64,000 bases of DNA from Eledone cirrhosa (Eukaryota), in the NCBI GenBank assembly GCA_964016885.1, contig CAXHJY010000212.1:99865-163864 (forward strand). Reading direction: 5' to 3'. The notes under the pieces were generated by a model that ran no database searches, was not told the origin of the DNA, and saw nothing but the letters and a program-made list of their open reading frames with translations. Below, one piece after another: positions 14,259 through 30,957 of this stretch. The position numbers and the translations under genes are program-made. Every line of letters begins with the position of its first letter. Positions within the stretch are counted from its first letter, which is position 1.

Positions 14259-14713
14259 GCATGCTACTATACGTCTGTATACATATATGTATGTACGTAT
14301 ACATACATACTTACATTTAAGTAAGTGCCATACTAAGAGTGAGAAATGAAATTTCGTTTTCATTTTTTTCAATTTTTCGTTTTCGGTATGCCTGACCGAT
14401 TTAACTCACTCAATATGCAAATTAGGCTGCTCAGCCGTTAATTTTCATAAGGAAAGTATATACTTTCGAACGTTCAACTATCTGGCAGATGGGTAAACGG
14501 TGCTGATGATAGCTAACAAGCTTGAAACTAGTACATCGTTCCTGTGTCAGTGTTGAACAAAAAGGTGACGTGGTTGCCTTAACACCGTATGGCATAAATT
14601 CAGGCTGTTCGCTTTGTTGACAAACAAACGAACAAAGCGGCCGGCGTTATAATAAACGTCGGCTAAACTGATGCGTGCATATATGTATGTGTACCTGTAT
14701 GCATATGTGTGTA

Positions 14714-14762
<49 letters not shown>

Positions 14763-15217
14763 GCATGCTACTGTACGTCTGTATACATATATGTATGTAC
14801 GTATACATACATACTTACATTTAAGTAAGTGCCATACTAAGAGTGAGAAATGAAATTTCGTTTTCATTTTTTTCAATTTATCGTTTTCGGTATGGCTGAC
14901 CGATTTAACTCACTCAATATGCAAATTAGGCTGCTCAGCCGTTAATTTTCATAAGGAAAGTATATACTTTCGAACGTTCAACTATCTGGCAGATGGGTAA
15001 ACGGTGCTGATGATAGCTAACAAGCTTGAAACTAGTACATCGTTCCTGTGTCAGTGTTGAACAAAAAGGTGACGTGGTTGCCTTAACACCGTATGGCATA
15101 AATTCAGGCTGTTCGCTTTGTTGACAAACAAACGAACAAAGCGGTCGGCGTTATAATAAACGTCGGCTAAACTGATGCGTGCATATATGTATGTGTACCT
15201 GTATGCATATGTGTGTA

Positions 15218-15272
<55 letters not shown>

Positions 15273-15727
15273 GCATGCTACTGTACGTCTGTATACATAT
15301 ATGTATGTACGTATATATACATACTTACATTTAAGTAAGTGCCATACTAAGAGTGAGAAATGAAATTTCGTTTTCATTTTTTTCAATTTATCGTTTTCGG
15401 TATGCCTGACCGATTTAACTCACTCAATATGCAAATTAGGCTGCTCAGCCGTTAATTTTCATAAGGAAAGTATATACTTTCTAACGTTCAACTATCTGGC
15501 AGATGGGTAAACGGTGCTGATGATAGCTAACAAGCTTGAAACTAGTACATCGTTCCTGTGTCAGTGTTGAACAAAAAGGTGACGTGGTTGCCTTAACACC
15601 GTATGGCATAAATTCAGGCTGTTCGCTTTGTTGACAAACAAACGAACAAAGCGGCCGGCGTTATAATAAACGTCGGCTAAACTGATGCGTGCATATATGT
15701 ATGTGTACCTGTATGCATATGTGTGTA

Positions 15728-15809
<82 letters not shown>

Positions 15810-16265
15810 TGCATGCTACTGTACGTCTGTATACATATATGTATGTACGTATACATACATACTTACATTTAAGTAAGTGCCATACTAAGAGTGAGAAATG
15901 AAATTTCGTTTTCATTTTTTTCAATTTATCGTTTTCGGTATGCCTGACCGATTTAACTCACTCAATATGCAAATTAGGCTGCTCAGCCGTTAATTTTCAT
16001 AAGGAAAGTATATACTTTCGAACGTTCAACTATCTGGCAGATGGGTAAACGGTGCTGATGATAGCTAACAAGCTTGAAACTAGTACATCGTTCCTGTGTC
16101 AGTGTTGAACAAAAAGGTGACGTGGTTGCCTTAACACCGTATGGCATAAATTCAGGCTGTTCGCTTTGTTGACAAACAAACGAACAAAGCGGCCGGCGTT
16201 ATAATAAACGTCGGCTAAACTGATGCGTGCATATATGTATGTGTACCTGTATGCATATGTGTGTA

Positions 16266-16312
<47 letters not shown>

Positions 16313-16773
16313 GCATGCTACTGTACGTCTGTATACATATATGTATGTACGTATACATACATACTTACATTTAAGTAAGTGCCATACTAAGAGTGAGAAA
16401 TGAAATTTCGTTTTCATTTTTTTCAATTTATCGTTTTCGGTATGCCTGACCGATTTAACTCACTCAATATGCAAATTAGGCTGCTCAGCCGTTAATTTTC
16501 ATAAGGAAAGTATATACTTTCGAACGTTCAACTATCTGGCAGATGGGTAAACGGTGCTGATGATAGCTAACAAGCTTGAAACTAGTACATCGTTCCTGTG
16601 TCAGTGTTGAACAAAAAGGTGACGTGGTTGCCTTAACACCGTATGGCATAAATTCAGGCTGTTCGCTTTGTTGACAAACAAACGAACAAAGCGGCCGGCG
16701 TTATAATAAACGTCGGCTAAACTGATGCGTGCATATATCTATGTGTACCTGTATGCATATGTGTGTATATATG

Positions 16774-16815
<42 letters not shown>

Positions 16816-17281
16816 TATATGCATGCTACTGTACGTCTGTATACATATATGTATGTACGTATACATACATACTTACATTTAAGTAAGTGCCATACTAAGA
16901 GTGAGAAATGAAATTTCGTTTTCATTTTTTTCAATTTATCGTTTTCGGTATGCCTGACCGATTTAACTCACTCAATATGCAAATTAGGCTGCTCAGCCGT
17001 TAATTTTCATAAGGAAAGTATATACTTTCGAACGTTCAACTATCTGGCAGATGGGTAAACGGTGCTGATGATAGCTAACAAGCTTGAAACTAGTACATCG
17101 TTCCTGTGTCAGTGTTGAACAAAAAGGTGACGTGGTTGCCTTAACACCGTATGGCATAAATTCAGGCTGTTCGCTTTGTTGACAAACAAACGAACAAAGC
17201 GGCCGGCGTTATAATAAACGTCGGCTAAACTGATGCGTGCATATATGTATGTGTACCTGTATGCATATGTGTGTATATATG

Positions 17282-17339
<58 letters not shown>

Positions 17340-17801
17340 TGCATGCTACTGTACGTCTGTATACATATATGTATGTACGTATACATACATACTTACATTT
17401 AAGTAAGTGCCATACTAAGAGTGAGAAATGAAATTTCGTTTTCATTTTTTTCAATTTATCGTTTTCGGTATGCCTGACCGATTTAACTCACTCAATATGC
17501 AAATTAGGCTGCTCAGCCGTTAATTTTCATAAGGAAAGTATATACTTTCGAACGTTCAACTATCTGGCAGATGGGTAAACGGTGCTGATGATAGCTAACA
17601 AGCTTGAAACTAGTACATCGTTCCTGTGTCAGTGTTGAACAAAAAGGTGACGTGGTTGCCTTAACACCGTATGGCATAAATTCAGGCTGTTCGCTTTGTT
17701 GACAAACAAACGAACAAAGCGGCCGGCGTTATAATAAACGTCGGCTAAACTGATGCGTGCATATATGTATGTGTACCTGTATGCATATGTGTGTATATAT
17801 G

Positions 17802-17838
<37 letters not shown>

Positions 17839-18293
17839 GCATGCTACTGTACGTCTGTATACATATATGTATGTACGTATATATACATACTTACATTTAA
17901 GTAAGTGCCATACTAAGAGTGAGAAATGAAATTTCGTTTTCATTTTTTTCAATTTATCGTTTTCGGTATGCCTGACCGATTTAACTCACTCAATATGCAA
18001 ATTAGGCTGCTCAGCCGTTAATTTTCATAAGGAAAGTATATACTTTCGAACGTTCAACTATCTGGCAGATGGGTAAACGGTGCTGATGATAGCTAACAAG
18101 CTTGAAACTAGTACATCGTTCCTGTGTCAGTGTTGAACAAAAAGGTGACGTGGTTGCCTTAACACCGTATGGCATAAATTCAGGCTGTTCGCTTTGTTGA
18201 CAAACAAACGAACAAAGCGGCCGGCGTTATAATAAACGTCGGCTAAACTGATGCGTGCATATATGTATGTGTACCTGTATGCATATGTGTGTA

Positions 18294-18344
<51 letters not shown>

Positions 18345-18805
18345 GCATGCTACTGTACGTCTGTATACATATATGTATGTACGTATACATACATACTTAC
18401 ATTTAAGTAAGTGCCATACTAAGAGTGAGAAATGAAATTTCGTTTTCATTTTTTTCAATTTATCGTTTTCGGTATGCCTGACCGATTTAACTCACTCAAT
18501 ATGCAAATTAGGCTGCTCAGCCGTTAATTTTCATAAGGAAAGTATATACTTTCGAACGTTCAACTATCTGGCAGATGGGTAAACGGTGCTGATGATAGCT
18601 AACAAGCTTGAAACTAGTACATCGTTCCTGTGTCAGTGTTGAACAAAAAGGTGACGTGGTTGCCTTAACACCGTATGGCATAAATTCAGGCTGTTCGCTT
18701 TGTTGACAAACAAACGAACAAAGCGGCCGGCGTTATAATAAACGTCGGCTAAACTGATGCGTGCATATATGTATGTGTACCTGTATGCATATGTGTGTAT
18801 ATATG

Positions 18806-18846
<41 letters not shown>

Positions 18847-19307
18847 GCATGCTACTGTACGTCTGTATACATATATGTATGTACGTATACATACATACTT
18901 ACATTTAAGTAAGTGCCATACTAAGAGTGAGAAATGAAATTTCGTTTTCATTTTTTTCAATTTATCGTTTTCGGTATGCCTGACCGATTTAACTCACTCA
19001 ATATGCAAATTAGGCTGCTCAGCCGTTAATTTTCATAAGGAAAGTATATACTTTCGAACGTTCAACTATCTGGCAGATGGGTAAACGGTGCTGATGATAG
19101 CTAACAAGCTTGAAACTAGTACATCGTTCCTGTGTCAGTGTTGAACAAAAAGGTGACGTGGTTGCCTTAACACCGTATGGCATAAATTCAGGCTGTTCGC
19201 TTTGTTGACAAACAAACGAACAAAGCGGCCGGCGTTATAATAAACGTCGGCTAAACTGATGCGTGCATATATGTATGTGTACCTGTATGCATATGTGTGT
19301 ATATATG

Positions 19308-19347
<40 letters not shown>

Positions 19348-19803
19348 TGCATGCTACTGTACGTCTGTATACATATATGTATGTACGTATACATACATAC
19401 TTACATTTAAGTAAGTGCCATACTAAGAGTGAGAAATGAAATTTCGTTTTCATTTTTTTCAATTTATCGTTTTCGGTATGCCTGACCGATTTAACTCACT
19501 CAATATGCAAATTAGGCTGCTCAGCCGTTAATTTTCATAAGGAAAGTATATACTTTCGAACGTTCAACTATCTGGCAGATGGGTAAACGGTGCTGATGAT
19601 AGCTAACAAGCTTGAAACTAGTACATCGTTCCTGTGTCAGTGTTGAACAAAAAGGTGACGTGGTTGCCTTAACACCGTATGGCATAAATTCAGGCTGTTC
19701 GCTTTGTTGACAAACAAACGAACAAAGCGGCCGGCGTTATAATAAACGTCGGCTAAACTGATGCGTGCATATATGTATGTGTACCTGTATGCATATGTGT
19801 GTA

Positions 19804-19854
<51 letters not shown>

Positions 19855-20309
19855 GCATGCTACTGTACGTCTGTATACATATATGTATGTACGTATACAT
19901 ACATACTTACATTTAAGTAAGTGCCATACTAAGAGTGAGAAATGAAATTTCGTTTTCATTTTTTTCAATTTATCGTTTTCGGTATGCCTGACCGATTTAA
20001 CTCACTCAATATGCAAATTAGGCTGCTCAGCCGTTAATTTTCATAAGGAAAGTATATACTTTCGAACGTTCAACTATCTGGCAGATGGGTAAACGGTGCT
20101 GATGATAGCTAACAAGCTTGAAACTAGTACATCGTTCCTGTGTCAGTGTTGAACAAAAAGGTGACGTGGTTGCCTTAACACCGTATGGCATAAATTCAGG
20201 CTGTTCGCTTTGTTGACAAACAAACGAACAAAGCGGCCGGCGTTATAATAAACGTCGGCTAAACTGATGCGTGCATATATGTATGTGTACCTGTATGCAT
20301 ATGTGTGTA

Positions 20310-20362
<53 letters not shown>

Positions 20363-20823
20363 GCATGCTACTGTACGTCTGTATACATATATGTATGTAC
20401 GTATACATACATACTTACATTTAAGTAAGTGCCATACTAAGAGTGAGAAATGAAATTTCGTTTTCATTTTTTTCAATTTATCGTTTTCGGTATGCCTGAC
20501 AGATTTAACTCACTCAATATGCAAATTAGGCTGCTCAGCCGTTAATTTTCATAAGGAAAGTATATACTTTCGAACGTTCAACTATCTGGCAGATGGGTAA
20601 ACGGTGCTGATGATAGCTAACAAGCTTGAAACTAGTACATCGTTCCTGTGTCAGTGTTGAATAAAAAGGTGACGTGGTTGCCTTAACACCGTATGGCATA
20701 AATTCAGGCTGTTCGCTTTGTTGACAAACAAACGAACAAAGCGGCCGGCGTTATAATAAACGTCGGCTAAACTGATGCGTGCATATATGTATGTGTACCT
20801 GTATGCATATGTGTGTATATATG

Positions 20824-20860
<37 letters not shown>

Positions 20861-21321
20861 GCATGCTACTGTACGTCTGTATACATATATGTATGTACGT
20901 ATACATACATACTTACATTTAAGTAAGTGCCATACTAAGAGTGAGAAATGAAATTTCGTTTTCATTTTTTTCAATTTATCGTTTTCGGTATGCCTGACCG
21001 ATTTAACTCACTCAATATGCAAATTAGGCTGCTCAGCCGTTAATTTTCATAAGGAAAGTATATACTTTCGAACGTTCAACTATCTGGCAGATGGGTAAAC
21101 GGTGCTGATGATAGCTAACAAGCTTGAAACTAGTACATCGTTCCTGTGTCAGTGTTGAACAAAAAGGTGACGTGGTTGCCTTAACACCGTATGGCATAAA
21201 TTCAGGCTGTTCGCTTTGTTGACAAACAAACGAACAAAGCGGCCGGCGTTATAATAAACGTCGGCTAAACTGATGCGTGCATATATGTATGTGTACCTGT
21301 ATGCATATGTGTGTATATATG

Positions 21322-21358
<37 letters not shown>

Positions 21359-21813
21359 GCATGCTACTGTACGTCTGTATACATATATGTATGTACGTAT
21401 ACATACATACTTACATTTAAGTAAGTGCCATACTAAGAGTGAGAAATGAAATTTCGTTTTCATTTTTTTCAATTTATCGTTTTCGGTATGCCTGACCGAT
21501 TTAACTCACTCAATATGCAAATTAGGCTGCTCAGCTGTTAATTTTCATAAGGAAAGTATATACTTTCGAACGTTCAACTATCTGGCAGATGGGTAAACGG
21601 TGCTGATGATAGCTAACAAGCTTGAAACTAGTACATCGTTCCTGTGTCAGTGTTGAACAAAAAGGTGACGTGGTTGCCTTAACACCGTATGGCATAAATT
21701 CAGGCTGTTCGCTTTGTTGACAAACAAACGAACAAAGCGGCCGGCGTTATAATAAACGTCGGCTAAACTGATGCGTGCATATATGTATGTGTACCTGTAT
21801 GCATATGTGTGTA

Positions 21814-21864
<51 letters not shown>

Positions 21865-22325
21865 GCATGCTACTGTACGTCTGTATACATATATGTATGT
21901 ACGTATACATACATACTTACATTTAAGTAAGTGCCATACTAAGAGTGAGAAATGAAATTTCGTTTTCATTTTTTTCAATTTATCGTTTTCGGTATGCCTG
22001 ACCGATTTAACTCACTCAATATGCAAATTAGGCTGCTCAGCCGTTAATTTTCATAAGGAAAGTATATACTTTCGAACGTTCAACTATCTGGCAGATGGGT
22101 AAACGGTGCTGATGATAGCTAACAAGCTTGAAACTAGTACATCGTTCCTGTGTCAGTGTTGAACAAAAAGGTGACGTGGTTGCCTTAACACCGTATGGCA
22201 TAAATTCAGGCTGTTCGCTTTGTTGACAAACAAACGAACAAAGCGGCCGGCGTTATAATAAACGTCGGCTAAACTGATGCGTGCATATATGTATGTGTAC
22301 CTGTATGCATATGTGTGTATATATG

Positions 22326-22362
<37 letters not shown>

Positions 22363-22817
22363 GCATGCTACTGTACGTCTGTATACATATATGTATGTAC
22401 GTATACATACATACTTACATTTAAGTAAGTGCCATACTAAGAGTGAGAAATGAAATTTCGTTTTCATTTTTTTCAATTTATCGTTTTCGGTATGCCTGAC
22501 CGATTTAACTCACTCAATATGCAAATTAGGCTGCTCAGCCGTTAATTTTCATAAGGAAAGTATATACTTTCGAACGTTCAACTATCTGGCAGATGGGTAA
22601 ACGGTGCTGATGATAGCTAACAAGCTTGAAACTAGTACATCGTTCCTGTGTCAGTGTTGAACAAAAAGGTGACGTGGTTGCCTTAACACCGTATGGCATA
22701 AATTCAGGCTGTTCGCTTTGTTGACAAACAAACGAACAAAGCGGCCGGCGTTATAATAAACGTCGGCTAAACTGATGCGTGCATATATGTATGTGTACCT
22801 GTATGCATATGTGTGTA

Positions 22818-22870
<53 letters not shown>

Positions 22871-23325
22871 GCATGCTACTGTACGTCTGTATACATATAT
22901 GTATGTACGTATACATACATACTTACATTTAAGTAAGTGCCATACTAAGAGTGAGAAATGAAATTTCGTTTTCATTTTTTTCAATTTATCGTTTTCGGTA
23001 TGCCTGACCGATTTAACTCACTCAATATGCAAATTAGGCTGCTCAGCCGTTAATTTTCATAAGGAAAGTATATACTTTCGAACGTTCAACTATCTGGCAG
23101 TTGGGTAAACGGTGCTGATGATAGCTAACAAGCTTGAAACTAGTACATCGTTCCTGTGTCAGTGTTGAACAAAAAGGTGACGTGGTTGCCTTAACACCGT
23201 ATGGCATAAATTCAGGCTGTTCGCTTTGTTGACAAATAAACGAACAAAGCGGCCGGCGTTATAATAAACGTCGGCTAAACTGATGCGTGCATATATGTAT
23301 GTGTACCTGTATGCATATGTGTGTA

Positions 23326-23380
<55 letters not shown>

Positions 23381-23841
23381 GCATGCTACTGTACGTCTGT
23401 ATACATATATGTATGTACGTATACATACATACTTACATTTAAGTAAGTGCCATACTAAGAGTGAGAAATGAAATTTCGTTTTCATTTTTTTCAATTTATC
23501 GTTTTCGGTATGCCTGACCGATTTAACTCACTCAATATGCAAATTAGGCTGCTCAGCCGTTAATTTTCATAAGGAAAGTATATACTTTCGAACGTTCAAC
23601 TATCTGGCAGATGGGTAAACGGTGCTGATGATAGCTAACAAGCTTGAAACTAGTACATCGTTCCTGTGTCAGTGTTGAACAAAAAGGTGACGTGGTTGCC
23701 TTAACACCGTATGGCATAAATTCAGGCTGTTCGCTTTGTTGACAAACAAACGAACAAAGCGGCCGGCGTTATAATAAACGTCGGCTAAACTGATGCGTGC
23801 ATATATGTATGTGTACCTGTATGCATATGTGTGTATATATG

Positions 23842-23883
<42 letters not shown>

Positions 23884-24349
23884 TATATGCATGCTACTGT
23901 ACGTCTGTATACATATATGTATGTACGTATACATACATACTTACATTTAAGTAAGTGCCATACTAAGAGTGAGAAATGAAATTTCGTTTTCATTTTTTTC
24001 AATTTATCGTTTTCGGTATGCCTGACCGATTTAACTCACTCAATATGCAAATTAGGCTGCTCAGCCGTTAATTTTCATAAGGAAAGTATATACTTTCGAA
24101 CGTTCAACTATCTGGCAGATGGGTAAACGGTGCTGATGATAGCTAACAAGCTTGAAACTAGTACATCGTTCCTGTGTCAGTGTTGAACAAAAAGGTGACG
24201 TGGTTGCCTTAACACCGTATGGCATAAATTCAGGCTGTTCGCTTTGTTGACAAACAAACGAACAAAGCGGCCGGCGTTATAATAAACGTCGGCTAAACTG
24301 ATGCGTGCATATATGTATGTGTACCTGTATGCATATGTGTGTATATATG

Positions 24350-24386
<37 letters not shown>

Positions 24387-24847
24387 GCATGCTACTGTAC
24401 GTCTGTATACATATATGTATGTACGTATACATACATACTTACATTTAAGTAAGTGCCATACTAAGAGTGAGAAATGAAATTTCGTTTTCATTTTTTTCAA
24501 TTTATCGTTTTCGGTATGCCTGACCGATTTAACTCACTCAATATGCAAATTAGGCTGCTCAGCCGTTAATTTTCATAAGGAAAGTATATACTTTCGAACG
24601 TTCAACTATCTGGCAGATGGGTAAACGGTGCTGATGATAGCTAACAAGCTTGAAACTAGTACATCGTTCCTGTGTCAGTGTTGAACAAAAAGGTGACGTG
24701 GTTGCCTTAACACCGTATGGCATAAATTCAGGCTGTTCGCTTTGTTGACAAACAAACGAACAAAGCGGCCGGCGTTATAATAAACGTCGGCTAAACTGAT
24801 GCGTGCATATATCTATGTGTACCTGTATGCATATGTGTGTATATATG

Positions 24848-24889
<42 letters not shown>

Positions 24890-25355
24890 TATATGCATGC
24901 TACTGTACGTCTGTATACATATATGTATGTACGTATACATACATACTTACATTTAAGTAAGTGCCATACTAAGAGTGAGAAATGAAATTTCGTTTTCATT
25001 TTTTTCAATTTATCGTTTTCGGTATGCCTGACCGATTTAACTCACTCAATATGCAAATTAGGCTGCTCAGCCGTTAATTTTCATAAGGAAAGTATATACT
25101 TTCGAACGTTCAACTATCTGGCAGATGGGTAAACGGTGCTGATGATAGCTAACAAGCTTGAAACTAGTACATCGTTCCTGTGTCAGTGTTGAACAAAAAG
25201 GTGACGTGGTTGCCTTAACACCGTATGGCATAAATTCAGGCTGTTCGCTTTGTTGACAAACAAACGAACAAAGCGGCCGGCGTTATAATAAACGTCGGCT
25301 AAACTGATGCGTGCATATATGTATGTGTACCTGTATGCATATGTGTGTATATATG

Positions 25356-25413
<58 letters not shown>

Positions 25414-25875
25414 TGCATGCTACTGTACGTCTGTATACATATATGTATGTACGTATACATACATACTTACATTTAAGTAAGTGCCATACTAAGAGTGAGA
25501 AATGAAATTTCGTTTTCATTTTTTTCAATTTATCGTTTTCGGTATGCCTGACCGATTTAACTCACTCAATATGCAAATTAGGCTGCTCAGCCGTTAATTT
25601 TCATAAGGAAAGTATATACTTTCGAACGTTCAACTATCTGGCAGATGGGTAAACGGTGCTGATGATAGCTAACAAGCTTGAAACTAGTACATCGTTCCTG
25701 TGTCAGTGTTGAACAAAAAGGTGACGTGGTTGCCTTAACACCGTATGGCATAAATTCAGGCTGTTCGCTTTGTTGACAAACAAACGAACAAAGCGGCCGG
25801 CGTTATAATAAACGTCGGCTAAACTGATGCGTGCATATATGTATGTGTACCTGTATGCATATGTGTGTATATATG

Positions 25876-25912
<37 letters not shown>

Positions 25913-26367
25913 GCATGCTACTGTACGTCTGTATACATATATGTATGTACGTATATATACATACTTACATTTAAGTAAGTGCCATACTAAGAGTGAGAAA
26001 TGAAATTTCGTTTTCATTTTTTTCAATTTATCGTTTTCGGTATGCCTGACCGATTTAACTCACTCAATATGCAAATTAGGCTGCTCAGCCGTTAATTTTC
26101 ATAAGGAAAGTATATACTTTCGAACGTTCAACTATCTGGCAGATGGGTAAACGGTGCTGATGATAGCTAACAAGCTTGAAACTAGTACATCGTTCCTGTG
26201 TCAGTGTTGAACAAAAAGGTGACGTGGTTGCCTTAACACCGTATGGCATAAATTCAGGCTGTTCGCTTTGTTGACAAACAAACGAACAAAGCGGCCGGCG
26301 TTATAATAAACGTCGGCTAAACTGATGCGTGCATATATGTATGTGTACCTGTATGCATATGTGTGTA

Positions 26368-26418
<51 letters not shown>

Positions 26419-26879
26419 GCATGCTACTGTACGTCTGTATACATATATGTATGTACGTATACATACATACTTACATTTAAGTAAGTGCCATACTAAGAGT
26501 GAGAAATGAAATTTCGTTTTCATTTTTTTCAATTTATCGTTTTCGGTATGCCTGACCGATTTAACTCACTCAATATGCAAATTAGGCTGCTCAGCCGTTA
26601 ATTTTCATAAGGAAAGTATATACTTTCGAACGTTCAACTATCTGGCAGATGGGTAAACGGTGCTGATGATAGCTAACAAGCTTGAAACTAGTACATCGTT
26701 CCTGTGTCAGTGTTGAACAAAAAGGTGACGTGGTTGCCTTAACACCGTATGGCATAAATTCAGGCTGTTCGCTTTGTTGACAAACAAACGAACAAAGCGG
26801 CCGGCGTTATAATAATCGTCGGCTAAACTGATGCGTGCATATATGTATGTGTACCTGTATGCATATGTGTGTATATATG

Positions 26880-26921
<42 letters not shown>

Positions 26922-27387
26922 TATATGCATGCTACTGTACGTCTGTATACATATATGTATGTACGTATACATACATACTTACATTTAAGTAAGTGCCATA
27001 CTAAGAGTGAGAAATGAAATTTCGTTTTCATTTTTTTCAATTTATCGTTTTCGGTATGCCTGACCGATTTAACTCACTCAATATGCAAATTAGGCTGCTC
27101 AGCCGTTAATTTTCATAAGGAAAGTATATACTTTCGAACGTTCAACTATCTGGCAGATGGGTAAACGGTGCTGATGATAGCTAACAAGCTTGAAACTAGT
27201 ACATCGTTCCTGTGTCAGTGTTGAACAAAAAGGTGACGTGGTTGCCTTAACACCGTATGGCATAAATTCAGGCTGTTCGCTTTGTTGACAAACAAACGAA
27301 CAAAGCGGCCGGCGTTATAATAAACGTCGGCTAAACTGATGCGTGCATATATGTATGTGTACCTGTATGCATATGTGTGTATATATG

Positions 27388-27427
<40 letters not shown>

Positions 27428-27883
27428 TGCATGCTACTGTACGTCTGTATACATATATGTATGTACGTATACATACATACTTACATTTAAGTAAGTGCCA
27501 TACTAAGAGTGAGAAATGAAATTTCGTTTTCATTTTTTTCAATTTATCGTTTTCGGTATGCCTGACCGATTTAACTCACTCAATATGCAAATTAGGCTGC
27601 TCAGCCGTTAATTTTCATAAGGAAAGTATATACTTTCGAACGTTCAACTATCTGGCAGATGGGTAAACGGTGCTGATGATAGCTAACAAGCTTGAAACTA
27701 GTACATCGTTCCTGTGTCAGTGTTGAACAAAAAGGTGACGTGGTTGCCTTAACACCGTATGGCATAAATTCAGGCTGTTCGCTTTGTTGACAAACAAACG
27801 AACAAAGCGGCCGGCGTTATAATAAACGTCGGCTAAACTGATGCGTGCATATATGTATGTGTACCTGTATGCATATGTGTGTA

Positions 27884-27934
<51 letters not shown>

Positions 27935-28395
27935 GCATGCTACTGTACGTCTGTATACATATATGTATGTACGTATACATACATACTTACATTTAAGTAA
28001 GTGCCATACTAAGAGTGAGAAATGAAATTTCGTTTTCATTTTTTTCAATTTATCGTTTTCGGTATGCCTGACCGATTTAACTCACTCAATATGCAAATTA
28101 GGCTGCTCAGCCGTTAATTTTCATAAGGAAAGTATATACTTTCGAACGTTCAACTATCTGGCAGATGGGTAAACGGTGCTGATGATAGCTAACAAGCTTG
28201 AAACTAGTACATCGTTCCTGTGTCAGTGTTGAACAAAAAGGTGACGTGGTTGCCTTAACACCGTATGGCATAAATTCAGGCTGTTCGCTTTGTTGACAAA
28301 CAAACGAACAAAGCGGCCGGCGTTATAATAAACGTCGGCTAAACTGATGCGTGCATATATGTATGTGTACCTGTATGCATATGTGTGTATATATG

Positions 28396-28435
<40 letters not shown>

Positions 28436-28891
28436 TGCATGCTACTGTACGTCTGTATACATATATGTATGTACGTATACATACATACTTACATTTAAGT
28501 AAGTGCCATACTAAGAGTGAGAAATGAAATTTCGTTTTCATTTTTTTCAATTTATCGTTTTCGGTATGCCTGACCGATTTAACTCACTCAATATGCAAAT
28601 TAGGCTGCTCAGCCGTTAATTTTCATAAGGAAAGTATATACTTTCGAACGTTCAACTATCTGGCAGATGGGTAAACGGTGCTGATGATAGCTAACAAGCT
28701 TGAAACTAGTACATCGTTCCTGTGTCAGTGTTGAACAAAAAGGTGACGTGGTTGCCTTAACACCGTATGGCATAAATTCAGGCTGTTCGCTTTGTTGACA
28801 AACAAACGAACAAAGCGGCCGGCGTTATAATAAACGTCGGCTAAACTGATGCGTGCATATATGTATGTGTACCTGTATGCATATGTGTGTA

Positions 28892-28942
<51 letters not shown>

Positions 28943-29397
28943 GCATGCTACTGTACGTCTGTATACATATATGTATGTACGTATACATACATACTTACAT
29001 TTAAGTAAGTGCCATACTAAGAGTGAGAAATGAAATTTCGTTTTCATTTTTTTCAATTTATCGTTTTCGGTATGCCTGACCGATTTAACTCACTCAATAT
29101 GCAAATTAGGCTGCTCAGCCGTTAATTTTCATAAGGAAAGTATATACTTTCGAACGTTCAACTATCTGGCAGATGGGTAAACGGTGCTGATGATAGCTAA
29201 CAAGCTTGAAACTAGTACATCGTTCCTGTGTCAGTGTTGAACAAAAAGGTGACGTGGTTGCCTTAACACCGTATGGCATAAATTCAGGCTGTTCGCTTTG
29301 TTGACAAACAAACGAACAAAGCGGCCGGCGTTATAATAAACGTCGGCTAAACTGATGCGTGCATATATGTATGTGTACCTGTATGCATATGTGTGTA

Positions 29398-29450
<53 letters not shown>

Positions 29451-29911
29451 GCATGCTACTGTACGTCTGTATACATATATGTATGTACGTATACATACAT
29501 ACTTACATTTAAGTAAGTGCCATACTAAGAGTGAGAAATGAAATTTCGTTTTCATTTTTTTCAATTTATCGTTTTCGGTATGCCTGACCGATTTAACTCA
29601 CTCAATATGCAAATTAGGCTGCTCAGCCGTTAATTTTCATAAGGAAAGTATATACTTTCGAACGTTCAACTATCTGGCAGATGGGTAAACGGTGCTGATG
29701 ATAGCTAACAAGCTTGAAACTAGTACATCGTTCCTGTGTCAGTGTTGAACAAAAAGGTGACGTGGTTGCCTTAACACCGTATGGCATAAATTCAGGCTGT
29801 TCGCTTTGTTGACAAACAAACGAACAAAGCGGCCGGCGTTATAATAAACGTCGGCTAAACTGATGCGTGCATATATGTATGTGTACCTGTATGCATATGT
29901 GTGTATATATG

Positions 29912-29948
<37 letters not shown>

Positions 29949-30403
29949 GCATGCTACTGTACGTCTGTATACATATATGTATGTACGTATACATACATAC
30001 TTACATTTAAGTAAGTGCCATACTAAGAGTGAGAAATGAAATTTCGTTTTCATTTTTTTCAATTTATCGTTTTCGGTATGCCTGACCGATTTAACTCACT
30101 CAATATGCAAATTAGGCTGCTCAGCTGTTAATTTTCATAAGGAAAGTATATACTTTCGAACGTTCAACTATCTGGCAGATGGGTAAACGGTGCTGATGAT
30201 AGCTAACAAGCTTGAAACTAGTACATCGTTCCTGTGTCAGTGTTGAACAAAAAGGTGACGTGGTTGCCTTAACACCGTATGGCATAAATTCAGGCTGTTC
30301 GCTTTGTTGACAAACAAACGAACAAAGCGGCCGGCGTTATAATAAACGTCGGCTAAACTGATGCGTGCATATATGTATGTGTACCTGTATGCATATGTGT
30401 GTA

Positions 30404-30454
<51 letters not shown>

Positions 30455-30915
30455 GCATGCTACTGTACGTCTGTATACATATATGTATGTACGTATACAT
30501 ACATACTTACATTTAAGTAAGTGCCATACTAAGAGTGAGAAATGAAATTTCGTTTTCATTTTTTTCAATTTATCGTTTTCGGTATGCCTGACCGATTTAA
30601 CTCACTCAATATGCAAATTAGGCTGCTCAGCCGTTAATTTTCATAAGGAAAGTATATACTTTCGAACGTTCAACTATCTGGCAGATGGGTAAACGGTGCT
30701 GATGATAGCTAACAAGCTTGAAACTAGTACATCGTTCCTGTGTCAGTGTTGAACAAAAAGGTGACGTGGTTGCCTTAACACCGTATGGCATAAATTCAGG
30801 CTGTTCGCTTTGTTGACAAACAAACGAACAAAGCGGCCGGCGTTATAATAATCGTCGGCTAAACTGATGCGTGCATATATGTATGTGTACCTGTATGCAT
30901 ATGTGTGTATATATG

Positions 30916-30957
<42 letters not shown>

